DNA of 64,000 nucleotides from an uncultured Gammaproteobacteria bacterium (GTDB lineage Bacteria > Pseudomonadota > Gammaproteobacteria > Magnimaribacterales > Magnimaribacteraceae), in assembly GCA_913031395.1 (NCBI GenBank), contig CAJWDT010000004.1:790-64789 (forward strand), given 5' to 3'. A program made the translations under genes and the position numbers. Positions within the stretch are counted from its first letter, which is position 1. Each line of letters opens with the position of its first letter. The notes under the pieces were generated by a model. It had not been told where the DNA came from. It did no database searches and saw nothing but the letters and a program-made list of their open reading frames with translations. Below are positions 1 to 10,562 of the stretch, piece by piece.

Positions 1-620
1 CTTATGGCGGAATTGAAAAAATTTCCTCTGATGATATTTTGTATGCTGAACAATTAGGTTACTCAATAAAACACATAGCTTATGGATCTATTGAAAATGG
101 AGAAGTAAATGTTAGTGCTTATCCAACTTTCGTTTCCAAAGACCAGCTTTTATCGCAAGTTGGGCAGCAAATGAACGCTTTGGAGATTTACTGTGAGGAT
201 ATTGGTTCTACTGTGTATTATGGCCCAGGTGCAGGTCCAAAGCCTACCGCTTCGGCTGTGATAGCTGACTTAGTTGATATTTCGAATGGAGGCTGGCCTG
301 TTTTAGATAATAATTCCAAAAAAAATCAGTTTTCAAAGCAAGGTAATGAGAAGTTTTCTAGATATTTCAACTTGGAAGTAAAAAATGAGGCCGGGGCTAT
401 AGCCAAAGTCTCTTCATTGTTTGCTAAGAAAGATATAAGTATTGAAGCTTTAATCCAAAAAGAATCAAAACAGAATATTGATCCTCAAAACTATGTTCCG
501 GTTGTCATCATCTCTGGAAAAATTTCTGATCTACAAGCGTTAGCTATGTTAAAAGAGATAGAGTCGATGGAAGAGATAAATAAGTCTGTTAAGCAATTCA
601 GGATTCATAATGCTATATAA
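1..620 (+). CDS. hom: Homoserine dehydrogenase, 3' part (5' end outside window), with C-terminal ACT domain
   Basis: YYGPGAGPKPTASAVIADL motif plus ACT-like C-terminus; frame is open from base 3; overlaps thrC. Confidence 0.93.
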   Translation, partial: YGGIEKISSDDILYAEQLGYSIKHIAYGSIENGEVNVSAYPTFVSKDQLLSQVGQQMNALEIYCEDIGSTVYYGPGAGPKPTASAVIADLVDISNGGWPVLDNNSKKNQFSKQGNEKFSRYFNLEVKNEAGAIAKVSSLFAKKDISIEALIQKESKQNIDPQNYVPVVIISGKISDLQALAMLKEIESMEEINKSVKQFRIHNAI

Positions 621-2001
621 GAGTACTAGAGGAAATAGTCCTGAAGTTCCATTTTCTCAAGTCCTACTTGGCGGGCTTGCCCCTGATGGGGGGCTGTATA
701 TGCCTGAAAGATTTCCTCAATTTACCAAAGAGGAAATTAATTCATGGTCTGATTTAGAATTCCATCAACTTGCTTCAAACATCCTATTTCCTTTTGTGGA
801 TGGAGAGATAGACAAGGTTACTTTCTCTAAATTGGTTGAAGAAGCATATGAAACTTTTGATAGTGATAATGTTGTTGAATTAAAAGAAATTTCAGGCAAT
901 AGATGGGTGTTGGAGTTATTTCATGGCCCAACTCTCGCCTTTAAAGATGTTGCAATGCAACTCCTAGGCTCTTTACTAAATCACTTTGCCCAAGAAAGGG
1001 GAGAAAAAATAGTAGTCCTCGGAGCTACCTCAGGCGATACTGGAGCTGCGGCAATTTCTGCTTGTTCTAGGCATGAAAATGTTGAGGTTTATATACTTTA
1101 CCCACACGGTAAGGTAACGGATTTTCAAAGAAAGCAAATGACGACAACTCAGTCGGAAAATGTCTTTCCTATGGCAATTGAGACTGACTTTGACGGTTGC
1201 CAAGACATCGTAAAACAGATGTTTTTGGATGATGACTTAAAAAATAAGAAAGTAAGATTCATAGCTGCTAATTCAATTAATTGGGCACGTTGTATGACTC
1301 AATCAGTTTACTTTTTTTGGACTTATTTAAGACTTAACCAATTACAAGATGAATTAACATTTTCTATACCATCAGGTAATTTTGGTCATGCCTATGCCGG
1401 TTGGACGGCCAAAGAAATGGGTTTACCTATTAAGCGTCTTTTAATAGCAACCAACACCAATGATGTACTACATAAAGCCTTTTCTCTGAACAATTACGAG
1501 AAGAGCGAAGTAATCCAAACTTTAGCACCCAGTATGGATATCTCTGTTGCCAGTAATTTCGAACGTCTTTTATATAATTTATATGATAATAATTCTTCTA
1601 TGCTTGCTGCTGCAATGAGCGCTTTTCCTGAACAATCTATCTCTATACCAAAAGATAAACAGGACCTGATGTCAAACTTTTTTAAAAGCCATAAAAGCGA
1701 TGATGAGGAAATATTAGAACAAATTGGAAGAACCTATGATGCAATCGGATATATGCTTGATCCTCATACAGCAACTGGGGTCAAAGCGGGCAATCATCTC
1801 TCACCTGATGATGAACCTGTAGTGGTAATGGGAACTGCTCACCCGGCTAAATTTTCTGAGGCTATCGAAAAGGCAGTAGTTGGATATAACTCAGAAATTC
1901 CTATTAAGCTTCAAGAGGCATTTAAGCAAGAAGAGATATTCAACCTTCTTCCAAAGGATTATTCAAAAATAAAAGACTTTATTCTTAAGAACGCGCTTTA
2001 G
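610..2001 (+). CDS. thrC: Threonine synthase
   Basis: YKSTRG, GLAPDGGLY, ELFHGPTLAFKD (PLP Lys), ATSGDTG, PSGNFG motifs. Confidence 0.97.
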   Translation: MLYKSTRGNSPEVPFSQVLLGGLAPDGGLYMPERFPQFTKEEINSWSDLEFHQLASNILFPFVDGEIDKVTFSKLVEEAYETFDSDNVVELKEISGNRWVLELFHGPTLAFKDVAMQLLGSLLNHFAQERGEKIVVLGATSGDTGAAAISACSRHENVEVYILYPHGKVTDFQRKQMTTTQSENVFPMAIETDFDGCQDIVKQMFLDDDLKNKKVRFIAANSINWARCMTQSVYFFWTYLRLNQLQDELTFSIPSGNFGHAYAGWTAKEMGLPIKRLLIATNTNDVLHKAFSLNNYEKSEVIQTLAPSMDISVASNFERLLYNLYDNNSSMLAAAMSAFPEQSISIPKDKQDLMSNFFKSHKSDDEEILEQIGRTYDAIGYMLDPHTATGVKAGNHLSPDDEPVVVMGTAHPAKFSEAIEKAVVGYNSEIPIKLQEAFKQEEIFNLLPKDYSKIKDFILKNAL

Positions 2002-2004
2002 CCA

Positions 2005-3106
2005 ATGATAGAAATCACCTCATTAAATGAAGACCTTAAAGATCATACTAAAAGAGTAGAAGATCTAAGGGGGTATCTTTGACGTCGAACAAAAAAATAT
2101 AGTTCTTCAGCAATTAATAGAAAAGTTAAGTGATTCTTCTGTATGGGATGATCCAAAAGCAGCCCAAGATCTAAATAAAGAAAAGGTCTACCTTGAAAGA
2201 GAATTATCAAAATTTAATGCATTAGAGGAATCGATTAGAGATGCTGTTGAGTTAACTGAAATTGCCATTGAAGAAGAAGATAGTCTGGCATTAGAAGAAA
2301 TTTCTAAAGAAATTATCTTAAATGAAACTGCCTTGCATGACTTAGAGTTTGTTCGAATGTTTTCAAATAAGATGGATCCCAATAATGCTTACTTGGATAT
2401 TCAATCTGGCTCTGGTGGAACTGAAGCTCAAGATTGGGCGGAAATGCTTATGCGAATGTATCTAAAATGGGGAGAGTCAAAAGGATTCGAAACAGAAGTG
2501 ATAGAGATTTCTCATGGTGAGGTTGCCGGAATAAAAAGTGCCGCAATTAAGTTTAATGGAGATTATGCCTATGGCTGGTTGAGAACTGAAACTGGGGTAC
2601 ATAGATTGGTAAGAAAATCTCCCTTTGATTCAGGCAGTCGAAGACATACTTCTTTTGCTTCAGTATTTATTTCTCCAGAAGTAGACGAAACAGTTGAAAT
2701 TGAAATCAACCCAGCAGACCTCAGAATAGATACCTACAGAGCCAGTGGAGCGGGAGGTCAACACGTCAACAAAACTGATTCAGCCATCAGGATTACCCAT
2801 TTACCTACTGGAGTAGTTTCTCAGTGTCAGTCGCAAAGATCTCAGCATAAAAATAGAGACAAGGCTATGGCGCAATTACGAGCCAAGCTTTATGAAATTG
2901 AAATGAATAAATTAAATGAAGAAAAACAATCTTTAGAAGAATCAAAAGCAGATATTGGATGGGGTAGTCAAATTAGGTCTTATGTGCTCGATTCATCTAG
3001 AATTAAGGATTTAAGAACCGGAGTAGAGACAACTAATTGCACTGCTGTACTCGATGGAGCTTTAGATAATTTTATAGAAGCAAGCTTGAAAGAAAATATT
3101 GAATGA
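2005..3106 (+). CDS. prfB: Peptide chain release factor 2 (programmed +1 frameshift at 2077-2083)
   Basis: ATG at 2005 gives 25 codons ending AGG GGG TAT CTT TGA C; the +1 frame from 2081 is open and joins ORF 2333..3106, which has the SPF and GGQ motifs. Confidence 0.97.
2068..2083 (+). promoter_or_regulatory. RF2 autoregulatory +1 frameshift site (internal SD AGGGGG + CTT TGA C)
   Basis: Sequence agggggtatctttgac matches the canonical prfB shift site. Confidence 0.97.
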
Positions 3107-3116
3107 GAATATAACT

Positions 3117-4604
3117 ATGACAGAAAACTTATCAGAAAATGATTTAATACTACAGCGAAGAGCTAAGCTCGATGCACTCAGAAAAAAAGGAATAGCTTAT
3201 CCGAACACCTTTAGAAGAGATTCTTTATCTGGAGATTTAAGAAATCAATATAAAGAAGCATCGAAAGAGGAATTAGAAGAAAAATCCATTCAGGTAACTG
3301 TTGCTGGAAGAATTATGCTACAGAGAATAATGGGGAAGGCTAGCTTTATTACTATTCAAGATATGGAGGGACAGATACAAGCCTATATAAGATCAAATGA
3401 TCTCCCGGAAGGACAATATGAAGATTTCAAGACGTGGGACCTGGGCGATATTATAGGAGTAAGTGGGCAACTATTCCTTACAAAAACGGGTGAATTGACT
3501 GTTCATGCTGATTCAATAGAAATGTTAACTAAATCATTAAGACCTTTACCCGAAAAACATTCCGGTCTGGTAGACACAGAGCAAAGATATAGAAAAAGAT
3601 ATTTAGATTTGATCACTAATCCTGATAGTTTGGATATATTCAAGAAAAGAAGCCAGATAGTCAGTTCAATTAGAGATTTCTTTATAAAAAATAATTATCT
3701 TGAAGTCGAAACTCCCATGATGCATTCGGTTTTAGGAGGAGCTGCTGCTAAACCTTTTACAACTCATCACAATGCTCTCGATATGGATCTCTACTTAAGA
3801 ATAGCCCCAGAACTTTACTTAAAGAGACTAGTGGTTGGTGGCCTGGAGAAAGTCTTTGAGATTAATAGAAATTTTAGGAATGAAGGATTATCCACTAAGC
3901 ATAACCCTGAATTTACTATGCTTGAGTATTATTCTGCCTATGCTGATTTTAATGATCAAATGGCTTTTATAGAGGATTTGTTTAAGGCACTTACTGAACA
4001 AGTTCTTGGATCTTCTAAAATAGATCAAAATGGAGTTTCTTATGATTTTTCACAACCTTTTAAGAAGATCAGTTTAAAAGATGCAGTTTCTGAAAAACTC
4101 TCAGTTGACTCTTCTTCACTTGAAGAAAGAAATTTTTTACTAGAGATTGGAAAAAAATATAAGTTAGATAATCTAGATAATTTGTCTGATGGCAAAATAC
4201 TATTTGAATTATTTGAAGAGCTTGTTGAAGATGATCTTATTCAGCCTACTTTCATTACAGGATACCCTAAAGATGTTTCACCCTTGTCTAGGTCTTCAGA
4301 CGTAAATATTTTAGAAGTAGATAGATTTGAGTTATTTATTGGTGGGAAAGAGATAGCAAATGGTTTTTCAGAACTTAATGATCCAGACGATCAAGCTGAA
4401 CGCTTTAGAATGCAAGTTGATCAGAAAACTGCAGGTGATGAAGAGGCTATGGAGTATGATTCTGACTACATAGAGGCTCTCGAGTATGGATTACCTCCAT
4501 GCGCTGGTGTTGGTATAGGAATTGACAGACTTGTAATGCTCTTAACAGGAGCACAATCTATAAGAGATGTACTCCTATTTCCACAAATGAAACCTAAAAA
4601 CTAA
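3117..4604 (+). CDS. lysS: Lysine--tRNA ligase (class II)
   Basis: LRIAPELYLKRLVVGG, FRNEG, HNPEFTMLE, GIGIDRLVM; follows prfB; ATG at 3117 preferred over TTG at 3099. Confidence 0.97.
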   Translation: MTENLSENDLILQRRAKLDALRKKGIAYPNTFRRDSLSGDLRNQYKEASKEELEEKSIQVTVAGRIMLQRIMGKASFITIQDMEGQIQAYIRSNDLPEGQYEDFKTWDLGDIIGVSGQLFLTKTGELTVHADSIEMLTKSLRPLPEKHSGLVDTEQRYRKRYLDLITNPDSLDIFKKRSQIVSSIRDFFIKNNYLEVETPMMHSVLGGAAAKPFTTHHNALDMDLYLRIAPELYLKRLVVGGLEKVFEINRNFRNEGLSTKHNPEFTMLEYYSAYADFNDQMAFIEDLFKALTEQVLGSSKIDQNGVSYDFSQPFKKISLKDAVSEKLSVDSSSLEERNFLLEIGKKYKLDNLDNLSDGKILFELFEELVEDDLIQPTFITGYPKDVSPLSRSSDVNILEVDRFELFIGGKEIANGFSELNDPDDQAERFRMQVDQKTAGDEEAMEYDSDYIEALEYGLPPCAGVGIGIDRLVMLLTGAQSIRDVLLFPQMKPKN

Positions 4605-5599
4605 GAAATTAAGTCTGCAACAGCTTGTCTTTCTGACTCTAACTCTTCAGTTGTAATCTTTATCTTTGCTTTGGCAAAATCGTTCAATTCAATACCTTGA
4701 ATAATTTCTATCTTGCCTTCTTGAGTTGTTTGGAGAGGAAATCCAAATATTAATCCCTCAGGCACTCCGTAACTTCCGTCACTAACTACTGCCGCACTAA
4801 AACAATCTCCTTCCTCTGTTGGATTTATAACAGATTTAACGGTATCAATAGCAGCATTTGCAGCAGAAGCCGCAGAAGATGCGCCTCTTGCATCAATAAC
4901 TGCTTTACCTCTTTGTTGGACTAACGGCAGATAATCGTCTTCTAACCACCTAGAATCATTAATGACTTCAGCTGCGCTTTGTCCATCTATAGTTGCATTA
5001 TATGGGTCGGGATACATTGTCGGACTATGGTTACCCCATATGACCATATTCTTTAGAGAGGAGATTTCAACGCCTGCTTTTTCAGCTAGTTGAGCTTTAG
5101 CTCTATTAGCATCAAGTGCCGTCATTGCAAACCACTGCTGAGAGGAGTTATTAGCTTTATTCATTCCTATTAATGCATTTGTATTGGCTGGATTTCCAAC
5201 TACTAATACCTTTGCATCAGATTTTGCAAGTTCACCAATAGCGGCTCCCTGATCAGTAAAAATTCCGCCATTAATTTTGAGAAGATCACTTCTTTCTTCA
5301 ATTTTTTTCCCATCAATAACTATCCCTCGTGGAATACTGCCAACTAGCAATACCCAGTCTGCATCTTTAACACCCTCTTTTATATCCGAAGTTGCTATTA
5401 GCTTTCCTGTCTGTTCAAACCCGCAGTCTATTAATTCCATAATAGTCCCTTGAAGCTTATCTACTACTTGGGGTATCTCAATCAGTCTTAAATTAACTTT
5501 CGTATCAGATCCAAATGTTTCTCCACTAACCAGTCTTGGTAAGAGAGAGTAGGCTATTTGGCCAGCTCCACCTGTTACAGCAACATTAATTTCTTTCAT
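4601..5599 (-). CDS. mdh: Malate dehydrogenase (type 2 / cytosolic-like family), extended substrate loop
   Basis: VAVTGGAGQIAYSL, VVGNPANTN, WGNHS, IDARGASSAASAA. Confidence 0.9.
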   Translation of the reverse strand: MKEINVAVTGGAGQIAYSLLPRLVSGETFGSDTKVNLRLIEIPQVVDKLQGTIMELIDCGFEQTGKLIATSDIKEGVKDADWVLLVGSIPRGIVIDGKKIEERSDLLKINGGIFTDQGAAIGELAKSDAKVLVVGNPANTNALIGMNKANNSSQQWFAMTALDANRAKAQLAEKAGVEISSLKNMVIWGNHSPTMYPDPYNATIDGQSAAEVINDSRWLEDDYLPLVQQRGKAVIDARGASSAASAANAAIDTVKSVINPTEEGDCFSAAVVSDGSYGVPEGLIFGFPLQTTQEGKIEIIQGIELNDFAKAKIKITTEELESERQAVADLIS

Positions 5600-5609
5600 T
5601 TATTTCTCC

Positions 5610-7169
5610 TTATTGGATTGGTTTAAAAATATTTCTTTTTCCTTCTCTTGAAACATACCCTAGGGTATTTAACATCTCATTTTTTGACATATAATCAAGA
5701 ACACTAGAATTTTTCTCAGTGTTTGCAAGGAATCTTGTACCGTTTTCAAGTCTCCCTATGACGATAGCCTTATCAGGACCATTTCTCGAATGGAGCACTG
5801 TATAGGTCTCTATAGAAGCTTTACCCTCAGGAGTCTCAGTGAAATTAGGTTTTTTGGCAGATTCAATGGTTTCTTGTATAGAAGAAGAATCAGGAGCTTG
5901 ATTCCATTCACCTTCAAAAGGTTTAGTGGAGAATATTCCTGCACCATGTTTTGTTATATACCAGCCATTAGCAGTCGCTAACCCAAATTTTTCTGGATTA
6001 AGTCTGAGCTTGTTCATCATTGTAGCTATAGAATTCATGACATATGCATTTCCAGGTCCACCAAAGTAGGGAAGACCACCAGTGACAGTTAATCCTCGTT
6101 TGTCATCTTTTTCTAGAGATAGTTCTTTCATCGCAATTTGCACTGCTGAAGGAAAACATGAATATAAGTCGATGAAATCAATATCATCAATAGTTATATT
6201 GGCTAACTCAAAAACACTATCCGTGCAGGCTTTTATGGCAGGTGAAGAGTGATAGTTGATCCTATCTGACATATTCCAAATATCGTTCAAACACATGCCT
6301 GAATACATAAATACCCATTTAGATTCGGGGATACCTAATTCCCGAGCTTTTTTAGCAGACATCATGATCATTGCTGATGATTGATTAACTCTCATAATTG
6401 AATTCATATATTTTGTATAAGGCAGTCCAATCATTCTGTTTTGAGGTTCTACCTTTGCAATTTCTTCCGCGGAACGATGAATGGGAAACCAAGAATATTT
6501 ATTTTCCGAAGCAACTTTTGAAAAAGTTTCAAAAAGTTCACCCGTATCTTGCATATGTTCTTGTATGGTTTGATTATTTATGTCTCTTAGAGCATTTGCA
6601 AAAAGAGGATATACAGAAGATGGATCAAATATTCCGTGAAGCTTCTCATGATCATTTGTACCATCAGTGCTTTTTCCTAAGAGTTCTGGTTCGCCTCCAG
6701 GATCATCTTCCCAATTCACTTCTAATCCTTGCTTGAGTCGACTCACAAATGTATCTAAAGCTTCACCGCCAGCTAACAGTGCACATTCTATTTGTTTATC
6801 TTTTATTCTGTTTGCAACTTCATTCAAAACAATCTGAGGAGAGTTTCCACCAGTTGTCGTATAGAGTTCATTTGATGCCGAAAAATTTAAAGAGTTTGCA
6901 AGACTTCTCGGCATATTGGGATATCCCCAAAGATTAGATGTCGCTGAATCTCTATGAGGTGTATCTGCAACAAACCTTATCACAGCTACCGTATCCAAAT
7001 GCTCATTAAGGTTCAGGGAAGATTTGCAATCTTCAATAGCCAGCTTAGAAACTTCTGTAAGTATTTCTAAATAGTTATAACCATTTATACCTTTTTTATC
7101 AGTTAATTGAGCACAACCGACCAGAACAGGGGTATTGTCATTTACATTGGAGTATTTAGTTTCTGACAT
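5610..7169 (-). CDS. Thiolase-like protein (acetyl-CoA acetyltransferase family, TLP1-type with C-terminal extra domain)
   Basis: PVLVGCAQ, GGNSPQ, DLYSCFPSAVQ, TVTGGLPYFGGPGN, ETYTV motifs; start moved to ATG 7169, downstream of a predicted promoter. Confidence 0.82.
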   Translation of the reverse strand: MSETKYSNVNDNTPVLVGCAQLTDKKGINGYNYLEILTEVSKLAIEDCKSSLNLNEHLDTVAVIRFVADTPHRDSATSNLWGYPNMPRSLANSLNFSASNELYTTTGGNSPQIVLNEVANRIKDKQIECALLAGGEALDTFVSRLKQGLEVNWEDDPGGEPELLGKSTDGTNDHEKLHGIFDPSSVYPLFANALRDINNQTIQEHMQDTGELFETFSKVASENKYSWFPIHRSAEEIAKVEPQNRMIGLPYTKYMNSIMRVNQSSAMIMMSAKKARELGIPESKWVFMYSGMCLNDIWNMSDRINYHSSPAIKACTDSVFELANITIDDIDFIDLYSCFPSAVQIAMKELSLEKDDKRGLTVTGGLPYFGGPGNAYVMNSIATMMNKLRLNPEKFGLATANGWYITKHGAGIFSTKPFEGEWNQAPDSSSIQETIESAKKPNFTETPEGKASIETYTVLHSRNGPDKAIVIGRLENGTRFLANTEKNSSVLDYMSKNEMLNTLGYVSREGKRNIFKPIQ

Positions 7170-7191
7170 AAATAAGATTATTAGGAAGCGC

Positions 7192-7220
7192 AGTCTAACG
7201 ACTGAATCTATGACGGGCAA
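7192..7220 (-). promoter_or_regulatory. Sigma70-type promoter for the thiolase-like/mdh unit
   Basis: Minus strand TTGCCC-17 bp-TAGACT. Confidence 0.55.
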
Positions 7221-7260
7221 TAGGTATCACCTAATTTTTAGAGTAATATAACTTGCAACT

Positions 7261-8409
7261 ATGAATTATAGCTTTGATCAAATAATAGAGAGAAGAAATG
7301 CCTATAGCACCAAGTGGCTAAAGTTTTCTGATAACGAAGTTATTCCAATGTGGATTGCCGATATGGACTTCAGTTGTCCTGAAGAAATAACGAATGCTAT
7401 GCACAAACACTTAGATAAGGGAGTTTTTGGCTATACAGATACACCTGAAAGCTTAACAGAGATATTTATTGAAAAAATTAAAGAGAATTCTGGTTGGGAA
7501 ATCAAAAAAGAGTGGGTCGTGTGGGTGCCAGGTGGGGTAGTAGGCTTAAATGTAGCTTGTAAAACTACTTTAGCACCAGGAGAAATAGTGATGGTTCCTT
7601 CTCCAATTTATGCTCCGTTTACTGAAGCACCTGAAAACATGGAGAGAGGCTTTATCAAAACAGATTTAAAGGATGTTAATGGTAGACTCGAGTTGGATTT
7701 TGAATCTGTAAAAGATTTATTATCAGAAGATACTAAAATGTTTTCTTTTTGTAATCCACATAATCCTGGAGGTACTGTCTTTAGGACTGAAGAGATCGAG
7801 GAATTGTCGAGGATTTGTAAAGAAAAGAATATTATTGTTTGTAGCGACGAAATACATTCTGATTTAGTTCTAGAAGAAGGAGCAACGCACATACCCTTTG
7901 CAAGTTTTGATGACTATAATCTAGAAAATTCCATCACAATTACAGGGCCATGCAAAACTTATAATCTTGCTGGTTTTCCAATAGCAGCTGCTGTAATTCC
8001 GAACAACGAACTAAGAAGTGATTTTCAAAGAAATACGAATGGAATTGTCTCTCATATTGACTCAATGGCTTTTGTTGCAGCAGAAGCAGCTTATTCAAAT
8101 GGTGAAAAATGGCATTCCGAGTTGCTAAATTATTTAAAATTAAATAGAGAAATACTTCTACAAGGTATTCGTGAGATAGAAGGGTTGTCTTTAACTGGCC
8201 CTGAGGCTGGTTTTTTGGGTTGGATTGATTGTCGAGAAAGTGGTTTAGAAAATCCTGGAAATTTTTTCATTGAAGAGGCTAAAGTTGGCGTTCATGACGG
8301 AGCATGGTTTGGAAATAAGGATTATGTCCGCATTAATTTTGGTTGTCCTAGCTCAGTGCTGGAAGAAGCCTTGCTTAGAATAAAAAAAGCTTTTTCACAA
8401 AGAAACTAG
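7261..8409 (+). CDS. MalY/PatB family PLP-dependent C-S lyase (cystathionine beta-lyase-like)
   Basis: IPMWIADMDF, GVFGY, CNPHNPGG, SDEIH, KTYNLAG, RINFGCP. Confidence 0.92.
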   Translation: MNYSFDQIIERRNAYSTKWLKFSDNEVIPMWIADMDFSCPEEITNAMHKHLDKGVFGYTDTPESLTEIFIEKIKENSGWEIKKEWVVWVPGGVVGLNVACKTTLAPGEIVMVPSPIYAPFTEAPENMERGFIKTDLKDVNGRLELDFESVKDLLSEDTKMFSFCNPHNPGGTVFRTEEIEELSRICKEKNIIVCSDEIHSDLVLEEGATHIPFASFDDYNLENSITITGPCKTYNLAGFPIAAAVIPNNELRSDFQRNTNGIVSHIDSMAFVAAEAAYSNGEKWHSELLNYLKLNREILLQGIREIEGLSLTGPEAGFLGWIDCRESGLENPGNFFIEEAKVGVHDGAWFGNKDYVRINFGCPSSVLEEALLRIKKAFSQRN

Positions 8410-8452
8410 GTTGCGGTAATATGTGCGCCTAAATTTACAAAGAGGAGAAAAT

Positions 8453-9367
8453 ATGTCTATAACTTTTAATGATCGTGTAGCAATCGTAACAGGTGCAGGC
8501 GGTGGACTGGGAAGGTGTCATGCCCTAGATTTAGCCAGTAGAGGCGCCACAGTTATTGTTAATGATTTGGGCGGAAACGTTGATGGATCAGATGATGGGT
8601 CTTCATCGGCAGCTGAAATGGTCGTTGAGGAAATAAAAGCAGCTGGCGGAAAAGCTATGGCTAATGGTGCTAGTGTTACTGATCAAGATCAAGTGAAGGC
8701 TATGGTTGAAGAGGTAATGGATAAATATGGTCGAATTGACATTCTGGTCAATAATGCCGGAATTTTAAGAGATAAAAGTTTTTCCAAGGTAGAGGATCAA
8801 GACTTCAGGATGGTACTAGAAGTTCATTTGATGGGTAGTGTGAATTGCACTAAAGCAGTTTGGGAGATTATGAAAGAACAAAACTATGGAAGAATAGTAA
8901 TGACTTCATCTTCAAGTGGACTTTACGGAAACTTTGGTCAAACCAACTATGGCTCAGCTAAAATGGGTGTTGTGGGTCTTATGAACACACTGAAACTTGA
9001 GGGTGCCAAATATAATGTTAAATGTAATACTCTGGCACCTTTAGCGGGAACAAGGATGACTGAAAGTTTGATGCCAGAAGAAGTGATTGATCAAATCAAG
9101 CCTGATTTTGTTACTCCTGCAGTTACTTATATGGTTTCTGAAGATGCTCCTACTGGAGTGATTATAGCTGCTGGTGCTGGCGTATTTACCAGAGTTATGA
9201 TTCACGAAACTAAAGGTGTATATCTTGGTACAGGCGATGAAATGACAGCTGAAGGTATAGAAGCCAACTGGGATCAGATCTCCGATATGACAGATGCAAC
9301 ACTATGTTATCAAGGTGGAGATCAGACTACGAAAGCTTTTACTTTAATCCAAGAAAGTAAGAAATAA
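8453..9367 (+). CDS. SDR family oxidoreductase, (3R)-hydroxyacyl-CoA dehydrogenase / MFE-2-like
   Basis: TGAGGGLG, VNDLGG, NNAGILRD, YGNFGQTNYGSAK; SD GAGGAG precedes ATG 8453. Confidence 0.88.
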   Translation: MSITFNDRVAIVTGAGGGLGRCHALDLASRGATVIVNDLGGNVDGSDDGSSSAAEMVVEEIKAAGGKAMANGASVTDQDQVKAMVEEVMDKYGRIDILVNNAGILRDKSFSKVEDQDFRMVLEVHLMGSVNCTKAVWEIMKEQNYGRIVMTSSSSGLYGNFGQTNYGSAKMGVVGLMNTLKLEGAKYNVKCNTLAPLAGTRMTESLMPEEVIDQIKPDFVTPAVTYMVSEDAPTGVIIAAGAGVFTRVMIHETKGVYLGTGDEMTAEGIEANWDQISDMTDATLCYQGGDQTTKAFTLIQESKK

Positions 9368-9416
9368 CTTTTACATAACTAATAATCTTATTGCGGGTCA
9401 AGACTCTAAAATTCTA

Positions 9417-10562
9417 ATGCGCTTAAAGGACTGCCATAGTTTTCTAGATTTTAGAGAGCTAGCCCGCAGAAGATTACCTAGTCCTATTTTCAATTACATT
9501 GATGGTGCTGCAGATGATGAGAGTACTTACAATAGAAATACTAAAAGTTTTGAGGATTGTGACTTAATTCCCAATGTTCTAAGAGGCGTTCAGGATATCG
9601 ATTTATCTGTTGAAGTCTTGGGTCAAAAACTTGAACTACCAATTTATTGTTCACCAACCGCACTTCAAAGAGTTTTTCATCATCAAGGCGAAAATGCAGT
9701 AGCTGCAGCAGCAGATAAATACGGAACCTTATTTGGTGTTTCTTCTTTAGGAACAGTCAGTCTGTCTGATATCCGAAAGCAGTATTCTGGACCTCAGTGT
9801 TATCAATTCTATTTCCATAAAGATAGAGAGCTTAATCAAGTGATGCTTGAAAATGCTAAAAATGCTGATGTGGATGTGATGATGCTAACTGTTGATACAA
9901 TTACAGGAGGCAACAGAGAAAGAGATCTTAAGACAGGATTTTCAATACCCTTTAAATTAAGTCTAAATGGGATTTTTCAATTTGCTGTAAAACCTATGTG
10001 GGCTTTAAATTACTTAACTCATGAGAAATTTTCTCTTCCACAATTAGATGATCATGTTGATATGTCTGATGGACCAATATCTATAGGTAGATATTTTACT
10101 GAGATGCTAGATCCTTGTTTGAACTGGGATGACGTAGCGAAAATGGTTGAATACTGGGATGGCCAATTTTGTCTCAAGGGTGTAATGAGTGTAGAAGATG
10201 CTAAGAAGGCCGTTGATATAGGATGTACTGGTATCGTTATATCCAACCATGGGGGCAGACAGTTAGACGGCAGTCGATCTCCATTTGATCAGCTATCGGA
10301 GATTGTTGACGCAGTCGGAGACGATATTGATGTGATTATGGATAGTGGCATACAAAGAGGTACGCATGTTCTTAAGGCCCTCTCTATAGGCGCCAAAGCC
10401 GTAGGGGGAGGTAGATTTTATTTATTTGCTCTTGCTGCAGCAGGGCAGCATGGAGTAGAAAGAGCTTTAGAGCTTATGAAGTTAGAAATAGAAAGAGATA
10501 TGAGACTAATGGGAGTTTGTTCTATATCTGAACTTAATAGAGAGAATCTAAGATTTAGATAA
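9417..10562 (+). CDS. FMN-dependent alpha-hydroxy acid dehydrogenase (L-lactate dehydrogenase / glycolate oxidase family)
   Basis: YIDGAADDE, LTVD, SNHGGRQLD, DSGIQRG motifs. Confidence 0.92.
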   Translation: MRLKDCHSFLDFRELARRRLPSPIFNYIDGAADDESTYNRNTKSFEDCDLIPNVLRGVQDIDLSVEVLGQKLELPIYCSPTALQRVFHHQGENAVAAAADKYGTLFGVSSLGTVSLSDIRKQYSGPQCYQFYFHKDRELNQVMLENAKNADVDVMMLTVDTITGGNRERDLKTGFSIPFKLSLNGIFQFAVKPMWALNYLTHEKFSLPQLDDHVDMSDGPISIGRYFTEMLDPCLNWDDVAKMVEYWDGQFCLKGVMSVEDAKKAVDIGCTGIVISNHGGRQLDGSRSPFDQLSEIVDAVGDDIDVIMDSGIQRGTHVLKALSIGAKAVGGGRFYLFALAAAGQHGVERALELMKLEIERDMRLMGVCSISELNRENLRFR

